Source: Planctomycetaceae bacterium (lineage in GTDB: Bacteria; Planctomycetota; Planctomycetia; Isosphaerales; Isosphaeraceae). Taken from it: 64,000 bases of DNA. Under the pieces are notes generated by a model. The model was given only the letters and a program-made list of their open reading frames with translations. It was not told the DNA's origin and did no database searches. The stretch is from positions 4,680 to 68,679 of the forward strand of contig JBEITT010000014.1 in NCBI GenBank assembly GCA_040374745.1, written 5' to 3'. Both the position numbers and the translations under genes were made by a program. This document shows, in pieces, positions 28,117-38,911 of the stretch. Positions within the stretch are counted from its first letter, which is position 1, and every line of letters starts with the position of its first letter.

Positions 28117-29514
28117 ATGTCGCACGCTGATTTTAACAGCCTGGCCACAGCCGACAAAGCCTACTGCTGGCACCCTTTTACGCCTGTATCTGACTGGGAG
28201 GCTGGCGAGCCGCTTATTATTGAGCGGGGTGAAGGCGTCTATCTGTTTGATATTCAGGGCAACCGCTATATTGACGGCACCTCAAGCCTTTGGTGTGCAG
28301 CTTTGGGGCACAGGCACCCCAGGCTTGATGCGGCCCTTTCAGAGCAGGTTGGGCGCATGGCTCACAGCACATTTCTGGGGATGACTCATCCTGCGGCGAT
28401 AGTGTTGGCGAAAAGGCTTGTGGAAAAGGCTCCGGCAGGCCTTCAAAGAGTTTTTTATTCTGACAATGGTGCGACTGCGGTCGAAATCGCCCTGAAAATG
28501 GCATTTCAGTATCATCAGCAGAAAGATTGCCCCGAGCCTGGCAGGACTCGGTTTCTGGCGATTGAAAATGCTTATCATGGCGACACACTGGGCGATGTTT
28601 CGGTGGGCGGAGTTGACCGCTTTCATGCCATGTTTCGGCCTCTTCTTTTTGAAACTTTGCGAGCCCCTTCGCCCTATTGCTATCGATGCCCGCTCAAGTT
28701 GCAATATCCTGGATGTGGTTTGGCCTGTCTTGATGAAGCGAAAAAGTTGATAGACATTCATGCTGAATCGCTTGCAGCCGTAGTGGTCGAACCGGTGGTG
28801 CAGGGTGCGGCAGGCATGATAGCCCAGCCGCCTGGCTGGCTGGCCGGGCTGGCGAATTACTGCCGCGAGCGGGGCGTGCTGCTGATTCTGGACGAAGTGG
28901 CCGTGGGTTTTGGTCGAACCGGGACGCTGTTCGCTTGTGAACAGGAGGGTGTTTCGCCCGACTTTCTGTGTATCGCAAAGGGATTAACGGGTGGTTATCT
29001 GCCATTGGCGGCGACGCTGACAACCCGTAATGTTTATGAAGCGTTTCGTGGCGATGCCTCAGAGCCGAAGACGTTTTACCATGGTCATACATTTACGGGT
29101 AATCCGCTGGGAGCTTCGGTTGCATTGGCGGTGCTTGATGCATTTGAGCAGGATGGTGTGCTGGAGAATGTGGCTCGGCAATCGCAGAGGGTTGTTGATA
29201 GGTTTCAGGCCGAGCTTGCCCCGCGACGGTTTGTGGGCGAAATTCGCCAGCGGGGTCTGTTGTGCGGTATTGAGCTGGTGCGAAACAGGGTAAGCCACGA
29301 GGCTTTCGATTATCAGCTGAAAACCGGCTGGCGGGTTGTGCTGGAAGCACGCCGGCGTGGGCTGCTGGTGCGTCCGCTGGGCGATACAGTGACCTTTTTG
29401 CCGCCACTTGTCAGCACAGATGCCGAGATAGATGCCATGCTAGATATTCTCATTGGTTCATATATACATGTGGAAGTTGAATTGATTCAGGCAATGGCAG
29501 ATGGAACCGGATGA
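28117..29514 (+). CDS. bioA: adenosylmethionine-8-amino-7-oxononanoate aminotransferase
   Basis: Class-III aminotransferase motifs DEVAVGFGRTG and IAKGLTGGYLPL, with a BioA-like N-terminus YCWHPFT. Confidence 0.92.
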   Translation: MSHADFNSLATADKAYCWHPFTPVSDWEAGEPLIIERGEGVYLFDIQGNRYIDGTSSLWCAALGHRHPRLDAALSEQVGRMAHSTFLGMTHPAAIVLAKRLVEKAPAGLQRVFYSDNGATAVEIALKMAFQYHQQKDCPEPGRTRFLAIENAYHGDTLGDVSVGGVDRFHAMFRPLLFETLRAPSPYCYRCPLKLQYPGCGLACLDEAKKLIDIHAESLAAVVVEPVVQGAAGMIAQPPGWLAGLANYCRERGVLLILDEVAVGFGRTGTLFACEQEGVSPDFLCIAKGLTGGYLPLAATLTTRNVYEAFRGDASEPKTFYHGHTFTGNPLGASVALAVLDAFEQDGVLENVARQSQRVVDRFQAELAPRRFVGEIRQRGLLCGIELVRNRVSHEAFDYQLKTGWRVVLEARRRGLLVRPLGDTVTFLPPLVSTDAEIDAMLDILIGSYIHVEVELIQAMADGTG

Positions 29515-30254
29515 TGTTACCAGGCCTTTTTATCACAGGCACTGATACGAATGTGGGGAAGTCGTGGGTCACGGCAGCCATTGCCGATTGCCTGCGGCGA
29601 AGTGGCCACACGGTGGGCGTGATCAAGCCGGTGGCAACGGGCCTGACGGACATTTTTGCAGAAGATACAGATGCCGTGACACTGCTGAGGCATGCCGGCT
29701 GGAAAGTGAATGAACAGAACCTCAAGTTGGCCTGCCCCCTTAGATTTGAAGCAGCTGCCGCACCAACTGTCTCGGCAAGGGCTGAGGGAAGACGGCTGGA
29801 CTGGCAGGAAGTGGTTGACGGCGTGAATGCTTCGCTGGAAGGTTGGGCGAAATTCGATGCCGATTTAGTGCTGGTCGAGGGTGTGGGGGGGCTGGAGTGC
29901 CCAATAGCTGAGGGCGGCAGGACGGTTGCTGACCTGATAGAGCTGCTTGATTTCCCGGCACTGTTGGTGGCCAGGCGTGGGCTTGGCACCCTGAGCCACA
30001 CGATTTCAGCGGTGAAGAGGCTTAGGCGAGGAACAGCCAGAATTGCGGGCATCATTTTGAATCAGACGCCTGCCGACACACCGGATGGGATTCCGGAATC
30101 AACTGCCGCACTGGAATTATCGGGACGTGTTGGGCATGTAGCGATTTTACATGACGGATTGGCAGCAAAAGAGCCGGGGGAACTTGCACGGCAGATGGAG
30201 CATCTGGGGTGGCATGCACGGCTGGGCGTGCCAAGGTGGGAAATGATTGTTTAA
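29511..30254 (+). CDS. bioD: dethiobiotin synthase
   Basis: P-loop FITGTDTNVGKS. ATGA start/stop overlap with bioA at 29511-29514. Confidence 0.9.
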   Translation: MMLPGLFITGTDTNVGKSWVTAAIADCLRRSGHTVGVIKPVATGLTDIFAEDTDAVTLLRHAGWKVNEQNLKLACPLRFEAAAAPTVSARAEGRRLDWQEVVDGVNASLEGWAKFDADLVLVEGVGGLECPIAEGGRTVADLIELLDFPALLVARRGLGTLSHTISAVKRLRRGTARIAGIILNQTPADTPDGIPESTAALELSGRVGHVAILHDGLAAKEPGELARQMEHLGWHARLGVPRWEMIV

Positions 30255-30468
30255 TCGTGATTTCAGAAACCTAAAAATAATTTCTGATAAAGTTGGTATT
30301 GTTTTTTTGCAAAATAATTCTGATTTCATTTGCCTGCTTCACGCCGTCAGTCTAGCTTGATGAAAGTTGATGACAAGCTCAGGCGAAGCTGGCTTTTCAT
30401 TTTCAATCCTCTCCACAACCTGATTCAGTTGCATTCATTTACTCAGGAAGTGGCTGATTTCATCACAG

Positions 30469-30714
30469 GTGAGAGCCATGAGTGTCATTCCCGAAGGAAC
30501 AATTGGTACACGGTTCATCTATGTTGGGATGGCACTTCTCCTGTTCATGAGTTGTGGCTGTAGCGGCGGTGAGAAAACAGTACCAACAGTCGATGTGCCC
30601 AAGGGCGGCAAGGATACGACAAGCCGGGATATATCCAACCCTCTGGAAACCAATCCCGAGGCCAGGCCGGTCGCAGGTGGCAAAAGAAACCTGATACAGG
30701 CGATCAATCAGTGA
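30469..30714 (+). CDS. possible small lipoprotein
   Basis: 81-codon ORF with a hydrophobic stretch ending in LLLFMSCGCSGG (lipobox-like), directly upstream of the DUF1559 gene. The short ORF leaves this weakly supported. Confidence 0.35.
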   Translation: MRAMSVIPEGTIGTRFIYVGMALLLFMSCGCSGGEKTVPTVDVPKGGKDTTSRDISNPLETNPEARPVAGGKRNLIQAINQ

Positions 30715-30736
30715 ATTATAGAAAATGAATTGAATC

Positions 30737-31840
30737 ATGTTGGGAAAAAGACGGGGGAGCAGGCAAATGAAGCGGACCGAATTTGAAAGCAAACTTCTTC
30801 ATCGTGGATTTACGCTGATTGAACTTTTGGTGGTGATTGCCATCATCGCTGTGCTGATTTCGCTTTTGTTGCCTGCAGTGCAGAGTGCCCGCGAGGCAGC
30901 CCGGCGTGCCCAGTGCGTGAATAATCTGAAGCAGATTGGTCTTGGCATAGCAAATTATGAGTCGAGTCATGGATCGTTTCCGCTTGGTTCATTTATGATG
31001 AGCCCGCCGGGCGACCCTTTTGCAAGGCCCTGCAGCGGCCGGCACGAGGCAAGTGTTTTTGTCTCGATCCTGCCATTTATTGAGCAGGCGCAGATTTTTG
31101 CGGCATTTAATTCGAATGTGCATTATTTCACCTTTCAGAATTCCACGCTTCTGAATATTGGAATCTCTTCACTGTGGTGCCCCAGCGACCCATCGGTCAG
31201 CCAGTCGTCGAACCTTCCGCCCAACGACGACGCATCGGTGAATGTCTCGGTGCCCATACGACATAACAGCTATAAGGCCAATACCGGCACATGGTACACG
31301 CCCGGGCGTTTTGATGACCCAGGCTGCCCGAGCAAGAATTTCACGCAGCTTTATGCCCAGGCCAATGGGCTGATTTATTTTTACAGTTCAGTTCGCCTGG
31401 CGCAGGTAACCGACGGCACCAGTAACACCATGGCCTTCTGCGAAACGGCATATGGTCGGCTTTCGGCTGGAGACCAGCAGGAATGGCACTGGTGGATTTC
31501 AGGTAATTATGGCGACACCATGTTCACCACTTTTTATCCCCTGAATCCCTACAATAAAATCAGAAACCTGAATGTAAATTATGGAATCAATACAACAGTT
31601 CGGGTTTCGGCTGCTTCAAGCTATCATCCGGGTGGTGCAAATTTTGCTTTTGCCGATGGATCGGTAAGGTTTATCAAGGATTCAATTGACCACTGGCCAT
31701 TTAACCCAGCCAATGGTCTTCCGACAGGTGTCACACAGTCAGCTGGTATTTACAGCCTTGTTCCACCCGTACGATTTGGGGTTTACCAGGCACTTTCGAC
31801 ACGCAATGGTGGCGAAGTGATCAGCGCAGATTCTTATTAA
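30737..31840 (+). CDS. DUF1559 protein with prepilin-type N-terminal cleavage/methylation domain
   Basis: [46 protein letters not shown] and C-terminal [18 protein letters not shown], a hallmark Planctomycetota family. Confidence 0.9.
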   Translation: MLGKRRGSRQMKRTEFESKLLHRGFTLIELLVVIAIIAVLISLLLPAVQSAREAARRAQCVNNLKQIGLGIANYESSHGSFPLGSFMMSPPGDPFARPCSGRHEASVFVSILPFIEQAQIFAAFNSNVHYFTFQNSTLLNIGISSLWCPSDPSVSQSSNLPPNDDASVNVSVPIRHNSYKANTGTWYTPGRFDDPGCPSKNFTQLYAQANGLIYFYSSVRLAQVTDGTSNTMAFCETAYGRLSAGDQQEWHWWISGNYGDTMFTTFYPLNPYNKIRNLNVNYGINTTVRVSAASSYHPGGANFAFADGSVRFIKDSIDHWPFNPANGLPTGVTQSAGIYSLVPPVRFGVYQALSTRNGGEVISADSY

Positions 31841-31855
31841 TTTCTGTGAATCATT

Positions 31856-31891
31856 AAAACCGGAGAAGTCAGACCAGACTTCTCCGGTTTT
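31856..31891. terminator. bidirectional rho-independent terminator
   Basis: aaaa-ccggagaagtc-agacca-gacttctccgg-tttt: an 11-bp perfect stem between convergent genes. Confidence 0.75.
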
Positions 31892-31913
31892 CAAACCGTC
31901 AAAGCAAATTTGC

Positions 31914-32315
31914 TCAGAAACCAGGGCGGGGTGGTGTTGGAACCGGTGGTGTCGGGGCCGGGGCCGGTGGCACTGCAGATGGAGACGTGGGCAGGGCTGA
32001 CTTCATATCGTCAGCTTCAACATCTTTGGGTTTTTTGATGGTGACAGGTTCAGGAGCTTCCTGAATGGGTGTCACGCCTGGTGGAATTGGTGCTCCGCCC
32101 GGAATGACCGGGGCTGCCGGCGTGTAAACCGGTTCGCCCATATAGGCACCATTGTGGCCATATTTCTCATTTCCTCGCATCAGAAGTGAGCCGCCCTGAC
32201 AATCGGGGCCATAGCATGGCTGAGGAAAGTTATCGGCACCGTCGAACATTACACAGCCGACATTGGCCAGCGAACTGGAGAGGATCATTCCCAATACAAA
32301 ACGACGGAATTTCAT
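31914..32315 (-). CDS. secreted proline-rich lipoprotein-like protein
   Basis: MKFRRFVLGMILSSSLANVGCV signal/lipobox at ATG 32315, preceded by GAGAAAGGA. Pro-rich C-terminus. The track ORF extends to 32351. Confidence 0.5.
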   Translation of the reverse strand: MKFRRFVLGMILSSSLANVGCVMFDGADNFPQPCYGPDCQGGSLLMRGNEKYGHNGAYMGEPVYTPAAPVIPGGAPIPPGVTPIQEAPEPVTIKKPKDVEADDMKSALPTSPSAVPPAPAPTPPVPTPPRPGF

Positions 32316-32735
32316 GGCGACGAGCGTCCTTTCTCGACTTTCGTTGGTCATTTCGACCAGTGACCGGCGATCCTGCCGGCTTTAAGACTTAACTTTAATC
32401 GTCGAAAAACAAATCTTTTCCACAGCCGTTCAATCTAATGCAAATTCAATCAACCGTGAAAATTATTTTATTTGGAATAATCGTTACAGACCGCCTTTCA
32501 TGGCTATCCTGTGATTTAGAGAGAAAATATAGAACTCTTTCAAAAAAAATGCCGGATTGAGTTCTCTTTTTTCAACCCGGTTAATAGGTTCCTTCTGGAA
32601 GAAGTCTGGCTGTGCTTCATTAGTGGTGGCAGTCGGTCACGAGCCGGGCTAGGGTTCGTCTCCAGGGAATGATAAATCAAAATGGAATGCTCGGGCCTCA
32701 AAAGGAGTTGAGATCGATGAGGAGCAGGGTAGGCC

Positions 32736-33605
32736 ATGACACCAGCCAGAAACGAACACTCGGAAAATTCACCCAGGAATGGCTCGTCGGGATGGTCGGC
32801 CATTGCACCTTATCTTAATGAAATTCAGAAGATACCGCTGCTTTCAAGCCGTGAGGAGAAGCAACTTGCCCGGCGGGTGGCCCAGGGCGATGCCGAGGCC
32901 CGCGATCTGCTGATTCGGTCGAATCTGCGGCTCGTGGTCAACACGGCCCGGCATTTTGTGGGCCGGGGGCTGAGTGTGGAAGACCTTATTGAGGAAGGCA
33001 ACCTGGGGCTGATGCGGGCTGTAGAAAGCTATGATGCCGAGGCCCCAACAAGGTTTAGCACTTATGCAGTTTACTGGATTCGGCAATCAATGCGGCGTGC
33101 GGTGATTAATCAGGGCAAAAGCCTTCGATTCCCTGCCTATCTCGTGAATCTGATGACTAAATGGAATCGAGCCGCACGGGTTCTTGAAGACAAACTTGGT
33201 CGTCCGCCGACCGACGACGAAGTAGCTGGCCTGATGCAATTGACAAAGCGGAAGAAGGATGTAGTGGTGTGGGCACTGAATGTGCTGCGAGCCCTTCCTT
33301 CCAAACAGAACAACGCACTCGATGACGACATGAACATGGAAGACATGATCATGGATCAGCGATTTGCCGGGGTTGACGAACTGGTTCATCGCAAAGACTG
33401 CCTGGAACGTATCTTCCAGAGCATTCATCTGCTGGACGACCAGGAGGCCGAGATCCTCCGCATGCGATTTGGCCTTGAGGGCGGCGAATCGATGGGTATT
33501 GTTGACACGGCCCGAAGGCTGTGTATTACACGCGACCGGGCCCGGTATCTTGAGAAAAAAGCACTTGAGCGGCTACGCACTTTGAGCCGTGGCGGGTGGG
33601 GGTGA
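32736..33605 (+). CDS. sigma-70 family RNA polymerase sigma factor
   Basis: Region 2 (DLIEEGNLGLMRAVESYD, FSTYAVYWIRQSMRRAV) and region 4.2 (VDTARRLCITRDRARYLEKKALERLR). Confidence 0.9.
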   Translation: MTPARNEHSENSPRNGSSGWSAIAPYLNEIQKIPLLSSREEKQLARRVAQGDAEARDLLIRSNLRLVVNTARHFVGRGLSVEDLIEEGNLGLMRAVESYDAEAPTRFSTYAVYWIRQSMRRAVINQGKSLRFPAYLVNLMTKWNRAARVLEDKLGRPPTDDEVAGLMQLTKRKKDVVVWALNVLRALPSKQNNALDDDMNMEDMIMDQRFAGVDELVHRKDCLERIFQSIHLLDDQEAEILRMRFGLEGGESMGIVDTARRLCITRDRARYLEKKALERLRTLSRGGWG

Positions 33606-33843
33606 ACAAAAAATTCATTCCTGCGGCACACTGACCATTCCACCACAATCGATATTTCGGGTTTATCCATAATTGCGATTCAGGTTGTGCCTGGCTTGAT
33701 CTGGCCATTAAAACTTCATATCTTCACTTAGCTGCCCATTTATAATCCGAGTAGCTCATTAATGTTGATTAATCTGGCTATCCAGTAACTTTTTTTAAAA
33801 AATTATTTTAGCCGCAATATTTATCAAATCGGAGAGCCGTGTG

Positions 33844-34019
33844 ATGCGATCTTACAGGTGCAATGATTGAACGCTGCGCTGAAACAGGACTTTATGTTGG
33901 CTATGTGCCAGGCTTTCCGGGTACACATTCACAGGGTGAGACGCTGGAAGGGTTTGGAAGATGTTGAACCGAAACTTGAGTCAGTATTTATCGGCACGCA
34001 GAACCTTCAGTTAGCTTGA
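33844..34019 (+). pseudogene. hicB: hicB-like antitoxin remnant (frameshifted, internally deleted)
   Basis: Conceptual reading gives MRSY / GAMIERCAETGLYVGYVPGFPGTHSQGETLEG, then in another frame EDVEPKLESVFIGTQNLQLA*. This needs one frameshift near 33856 and a frame change/deletion near 33950. Confidence 0.55.
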
Positions 34020-34020
34020 T

Positions 34021-34242
34021 ATACCGAAATTGCCTGTACTCAAGCCATTGGCAGTTGTGTCGAGGCTGGAAGCCCTTGGATTTGTTGAAATGCGGCAGCA
34101 TGGGTCACATAAGCAATTTCTTCATTTGGACGGACGAGTCACAACGATCCCATCCCACTAGGGTCAGGATATTTCTCCGGTATTACTGCGAAAAATTGCC
34201 CAGGATGTAGGAATGACAGCTGAGGAGTTTGTTACGGCTTGA
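34021..34242 (+). pseudogene. hicA: hicA-like toxin remnant (start codon lost, in-frame TAG)
   Basis: Reads IPKLPVLKPLAVVSRLEALGFVEMRQHGSHKQFLHLDGRVTTIPSH*GQDISPVLLRKIAQDVGMTAEEFVTA*. ATA replaces ATG at 34021; TAG at 34159-34161. Confidence 0.65.
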
Positions 34243-34420
34243 TTATCGAATCGGTTTTGTCAGTTAATTCTCATGAACCACAGACTTTTACAATTTAATG
34301 ATCTCCGATTGCATTGGCGTTTTTGCGTTAAAATCGATAAATTATCAGACTTGAAGACGGTAAATACTCTGAAAATATGCCCGGTGGCGGGTAAATCCGT
34401 ATAGAGGTCAGCGGCTGAAC

Positions 34421-37255
34421 ATGCCCGGTTATCATTTCTCGCGAATCGAAAAAAAGTGGCAACAATACTGGGAAGAGAACAAGACGTTCAAAACCCTTGA
34501 TTTCGTGCCGGGCAAGCCAAAATTTTACGCGCTCGACATGTTCCCCTATCCCAGCGGTGCGGGACTGCACGTCGGTCACCCGGAAGGCTATACCGCCACC
34601 GACATTCTTTGCCGATACAAACGCATGCAGGGGCAAAATGTCCTGCACCCCATGGGCTGGGACGCTTTCGGTCTGCCCGCCGAGCAATATGCCATCAAGA
34701 CAGGCACTCATCCACGGCTGACGACCCAGCAGAATATCGACAACTTTCGTCGGCAGATCAAGTCGCTTGGTTTTTCATATGACTGGGATCGCGAGGTTGA
34801 CACCACCGATCCTGCCTATTTTCGCTGGACTCAGTGGATCTTCCTGAAGATCTATGACACCTGGTACGACCCCGACTTTGTCTGGACCGACCCAAAAGGC
34901 TGCCAGCGAAAAGGCAAGGGGCGACCCATTACCGACTTGCCCATTCCACCTGATTGCTCAGATTCCGCAGCCTATCGCGACGAACACCGCCTGGCCTATC
35001 GGGCCGAAGTGCCCGTGAACTGGTGCCCCGAGTTGGGCACTGTGCTGGCCAACGAGGAAGTGAAAGACGGAAAATCAGAGGTAGGTGGATTCCCTGTCGT
35101 GCGTCTGCCCCTCAAGCAGTGGATGATGCGGATTACAGCCTACGGCGAACGGCTGATCGACGATCTGGAAGATCTCGACTGGTCGAAGGCCATTAAGGAG
35201 ATGCAGCGTAACTGGATCGGGCGTAGCGAAGGAGCTTTTGTCGATTTCTATCTGGGCGAAGCAAAGAAATATCACGAATGGGCCCGCCATCGCAGCGTGA
35301 AACCTTTCCCGGCCACGCCCGGCGACGACTGCATTCGGGTTTTCACCACCCGTCCCGATACTCTTTTCGGGGCCACCTATATGGTGTTGGCGCCTGAGCA
35401 TCCGCTGGTTGACTCGCTGACCACGCCCGACCAACTGGCTGCAGTGGCGGCTTATCGGGCTGATGTGGCCGCCAAGAGCGACATGGAACGCATGGACGCC
35501 AACCGCAGGAAAACTGGCGTTTTCACTGGCGGTTATGCGATTAACCCATGCACATTTGAGCCGATCCCGGTCTGGATCGCCGATTATGTGCTTTATGGCT
35601 ATGGCACCGGAGCGATTATGGCCGTGCCGGGTCACGACGAACGCGACTTTGCGTTTGCCAAAGTTTTTGGCCTGCCGATCAAGCGGGTTGTGGCCGATAA
35701 TCTGATTGAATACGACAAAGATCTGACCGAAGCCGAAACGGCGGAAGGTTTGGCAGTCAATTCAGCCAATAATGAATTTAATTTGAATGGATACCCGACA
35801 GCCGAAGCAAAAAAAGCAATAGTCGAAGAGTATCTGCAGTATAAGGGTGTCGCCCGGCTGACGATCAATTACAAGCTGCGAGACTGGCTTTTCAGCCGCC
35901 AGCGATACTGGGGCGAACCGTTCCCGATTCTGCTGGACGAAGCGGGCAATGCCCATGCGGTGGATGTGGCGGAATTACCGGTGCAGCTGCCTGAGATGGA
36001 GGATTTCAAGCCATCGGGCAGGCCCGAGCCACCACTTTCAAAGGCGACTGAGTGGGTGAAATATTCTGACAAATATCAGCGAGAGACTAACACCATGCCA
36101 CAGTGGGCTGGCTCGTGCTGGTATTACCTGCGTTATATGGATGCCAGAAACACGACTGCCCCCTTCAGCCCCGAGCATGAAAAATACTGGCTGCCGGTTG
36201 ATCTTTACATCGGCGGAGCCGAACACGCCGTTTTACACTTGCTTTACAGCCGATTCTGGCACAAAGTGCTTTTTGACCGGGGCCTGGTGCACACGCAGGA
36301 GCCTTTCCAGAAACTGGTCAACCAGGGGATGATCCTGGGCGAGACGGAAAATACGGTTTATCAGGACGCCGATGGCTTGTATGTCAGCGTGGATGAAGCA
36401 ATTGTTGACGAAACCGGTTCCTATACAATGCGGGGCGGTCGCCGGGTTGATCTGAAACTTGTCAAAGTTGAGCCAGAGGCCACCACCAAGCAGGGTGACC
36501 GGATAGTGCTTGCCGCCGACCCGGAAGTGAGGGTAGAGGCCAAAGCGCACAAGATGTCGAAAAGCCGGGGGGGCAACGTGATTAACCCTGACGATGTGGT
36601 GCGTGAATACGGGGCCGACAGCCTGCGGCTTTACGAGATGTTTATGGGCCCGCTGGAAGCGACCAAGCCCTGGAGCATGAAGGGGGTTGAGGGCGTTTCG
36701 CGATTCCTTGCCCGCGTGTGGCGTCTGGTTGTTGACGAACATGCCGAGATGCCACAGCTTGATCAACGCGTGCATGATGTAGAGCCAGACACCGAGACGG
36801 CCAAGGCTCTGGCCCGGGCTATTGCCGGCGTGACCGAAGATTTTGAGGAACTGCGATTTAACACGGCCATTTCAAAGCTGATGGAGTTCACCAACTTCAT
36901 GACTGGCCGCGAAGTGAGGTCGAAAAAGGCACTGGCCGATTTTGTGCTGATTCTGGCACCGATGGCACCACACCTGGCCGAGGAACTTTGGGAACTCCTG
37001 GGCCACAATGGTACGCTGGCTTATGAGCCATGGCCGAAATATGACCCAGCCTTGCTGGTGGAAACGGAAGTTGAGATGGTTCTTCAGATCAACGGAAAGG
37101 TGCGAGGGCGGGTGACATTGCCCGTTGAAGCCGACGAAGAGACTGTGAAAAAAGCCGCCCTTGCCGACCCGAAGATCGCTGCCTTAATTGCCGGAAAGTC
37201 GATCAAAAAAGCGATCGTGGTGCCCGGCAAGCTGTGTAATCTGGTAATCGGTTAA
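34421..37255 (+). CDS. leuS: leucine--tRNA ligase
   Basis: HIGH-type motif [13 protein letters not shown] motif KMSKSRGN, 944 aa. Confidence 0.97.
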   Translation: MPGYHFSRIEKKWQQYWEENKTFKTLDFVPGKPKFYALDMFPYPSGAGLHVGHPEGYTATDILCRYKRMQGQNVLHPMGWDAFGLPAEQYAIKTGTHPRLTTQQNIDNFRRQIKSLGFSYDWDREVDTTDPAYFRWTQWIFLKIYDTWYDPDFVWTDPKGCQRKGKGRPITDLPIPPDCSDSAAYRDEHRLAYRAEVPVNWCPELGTVLANEEVKDGKSEVGGFPVVRLPLKQWMMRITAYGERLIDDLEDLDWSKAIKEMQRNWIGRSEGAFVDFYLGEAKKYHEWARHRSVKPFPATPGDDCIRVFTTRPDTLFGATYMVLAPEHPLVDSLTTPDQLAAVAAYRADVAAKSDMERMDANRRKTGVFTGGYAINPCTFEPIPVWIADYVLYGYGTGAIMAVPGHDERDFAFAKVFGLPIKRVVADNLIEYDKDLTEAETAEGLAVNSANNEFNLNGYPTAEAKKAIVEEYLQYKGVARLTINYKLRDWLFSRQRYWGEPFPILLDEAGNAHAVDVAELPVQLPEMEDFKPSGRPEPPLSKATEWVKYSDKYQRETNTMPQWAGSCWYYLRYMDARNTTAPFSPEHEKYWLPVDLYIGGAEHAVLHLLYSRFWHKVLFDRGLVHTQEPFQKLVNQGMILGETENTVYQDADGLYVSVDEAIVDETGSYTMRGGRRVDLKLVKVEPEATTKQGDRIVLAADPEVRVEAKAHKMSKSRGGNVINPDDVVREYGADSLRLYEMFMGPLEATKPWSMKGVEGVSRFLARVWRLVVDEHAEMPQLDQRVHDVEPDTETAKALARAIAGVTEDFEELRFNTAISKLMEFTNFMTGREVRSKKALADFVLILAPMAPHLAEELWELLGHNGTLAYEPWPKYDPALLVETEVEMVLQINGKVRGRVTLPVEADEETVKKAALADPKIAALIAGKSIKKAIVVPGKLCNLVIG

Positions 37256-37268
37256 AAAAAGAAAAGCG

Positions 37269-37303
37269 AAAGCCTTTTCAGCGATATGCTGAAAAGGCTT
37301 TTT
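37269..37303. terminator. bidirectional rho-independent terminator
   Basis: aaagccttttcagc-gatat-gctgaaaaggcttt: a 14-bp stem followed by a T-run, between leuS and the convergent minus-strand gene. Confidence 0.8.
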
Positions 37304-37332
37304 AAGTATTATTTTCAGTCATCAGGCAAGTG

Positions 37333-38157
37333 TCAGTCAAGAACGCCCAGGCGTGGCACTTCGGTGGATTCACCCAAATCACTTGCACTGCTGCGATTAC
37401 TTGTTTGGTAGGTTGCGCGGCCCGAGACATCGCCGAATTTGGGCGATCGCCAGGCACTGGGCTTGGTGCCAGGCGAGGTACTTCCACCAGTTTTATTTTC
37501 TGGGACACTGGATGACGAACCACTGCCAGATTGGCCGGGGCGACGAGGCTCAAGATATTCCAGCCTCGGTTCAGGGTTGCCTGAGCCAGTACCACTGCCA
37601 CTGGCGGGTGATGTGGCTGAATCAAGCGGTGGGTTGGTTGTGGGCCGATTGCCTGAACCGCCGATGGGCGGATTATCCATAATGATTTTGGGAGCTTCTG
37701 TGGCCGGGGGAGGGCTGTCGGGGCGGGTTCCCGAAATTCCACCGGAAATAGAATTATTGTATTTGCTTGTTGATTCAGGCGACGTGGGCTGGGGCCTGGC
37801 GTCTTCGAATGAGGGCACGATGTTGGTCACAGTGCCGCCTGGCCGTGCCTCAAGCTGGGTGGCGGGAGGCTCGGAACCGTTGATCGTTGTATTGGGTGCA
37901 ACGCTGCCGGGTTGTTCGACAACCACCGAGCCGGGTGTTTCAATGGCGTCCAGGCCGGGATTGACGACAATGGCGGGTCGGCGAAATGGGTTGGTAAGGA
38001 ATCTTGGGCGCTGAACGCTGCGAATCTTGCCATTATTGCAACCGGAAACATTCACGGCGCACAGCATCAGAAGCAGGACGGATCGGCGTCGAAACGCATT
38101 CCACGAAAAACGGAAATTCAATGGGCTGGGACGCATGGTGCAATCGCCTGATGTCAA
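37333..38157 (-). CDS. secreted Pro/Gly/Ser/Thr-rich lipoprotein-like protein
   Basis: Signal/lipobox RRRSVLLLMLCAVNVSGCNNG followed by low-complexity sequence. Alternative start ATG 38136. The opposite-strand ORF 37439-38014 lacks any signal. Confidence 0.5.
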   Translation of the reverse strand: MTSGDCTMRPSPLNFRFSWNAFRRRSVLLLMLCAVNVSGCNNGKIRSVQRPRFLTNPFRRPAIVVNPGLDAIETPGSVVVEQPGSVAPNTTINGSEPPATQLEARPGGTVTNIVPSFEDARPQPTSPESTSKYNNSISGGISGTRPDSPPPATEAPKIIMDNPPIGGSGNRPTTNPPLDSATSPASGSGTGSGNPEPRLEYLEPRRPGQSGSGSSSSVPENKTGGSTSPGTKPSAWRSPKFGDVSGRATYQTSNRSSASDLGESTEVPRLGVLD

Positions 38158-38376
38158 ATCTGTGCGGCAGACTTATTATCTCAGAAGCCTGAACGCACGT
38201 GGTGCAGCAATCAAGTTGTATCAAATGAAATTTACATTTCAAATTGAGTCTTGACTGAATAATTATTCAATTTCTTTATTGATTACCTGATAATTTCATT
38301 AAAATCCTCAGTCTTGATTTTTATGAGATAATATTTCGAAAAAAGATTAAAGTTTCAATCCGCTGGCAAATCGCAC

Positions 38377-38403
38377 AAAAAAAGCCGGGCAAGATGGCCC
38401 GAC
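38377..38403 (-). terminator. probable terminator of the 38444-38911 gene
   Basis: On the minus strand, a cgggc/gcccg 5-bp stem with a 6-nt loop is followed by T7 (A-run 38377-38383 on the plus strand). Confidence 0.4.
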
Positions 38404-38443
38404 TTTGGGTAAGTCGAAATGAGTTTCAATTCCATTCCTGCTG

Positions 38444-38911
38444 TCAGGGCAGAAGACCCGACGAGCCTGAATTGATAGGCGGAGCTTCAGAAGTTCCATT
38501 AAAGCGAGGCAGATTCACCACTTTGTTTTGGGCTGAAGGAATTTCGTCATAGGGTGTCATGGAGAGTGTGGTTGGGGTGATAGTTGCTGAAAAGGCGTGG
38601 CAGCCATTGCAGCCTGTGTAGGGAATAAAACGCTGCGAACGCATGACATACGGATTGAAATACTGCGGGAAGATCAATTGATCGGCGGGCAGCATCATAT
38701 AGCGTTGAACGTAATATTCGGCATTACGGCCGGTGCAGATGGCGTTTTTATTGCCTTGGTCCCAGAAACCATAGCCGTCTGGGTTTCCGTTTGGGAAGCC
38801 CCAGCCCAGACCTGGTCCGGGTGGCAGTTCGCCGCCTTCGGGAGCGGGTGCCGGAAAGTTGCCGGCTGAAACCAGTGTCAGCCCTACCAGAAACATCATA
38901 TGAGACAACAT
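38444..38911 (-). CDS. small secreted hypothetical protein
   Basis: Internal ATG at 38911 is preceded by TAAGGAGAT (Shine-Dalgarno-like) and starts a signal peptide MLSHMMFLVGLTLVSAGN. The longer track ORF (to 39238) would overlap the trpG start. Confidence 0.55.
   Translation of the reverse strand: MLSHMMFLVGLTLVSAGNFPAPAPEGGELPPGPGLGWGFPNGNPDGYGFWDQGNKNAICTGRNAEYYVQRYMMLPADQLIFPQYFNPYVMRSQRFIPYTGCNGCHAFSATITPTTLSMTPYDEIPSAQNKVVNLPRFNGTSEAPPINSGSSGLLP

Noticed and set aside
34159-34161. In-frame TAG in the hicA-like frame as possible programmed read-through or recoding
   Set aside because: The same remnant has also lost its start codon, and the partner hicB is frameshifted and deleted. Plain pseudogenisation is the simpler explanation.
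37439-38014. 191-codon plus-strand ORF opposite the Pro/Gly/Ser-rich gene
   Set aside because: Low-complexity composition keeps both strands open. Only the minus-strand frame has a signal peptide/lipobox and sits correctly relative to the terminator at 37269-37303.
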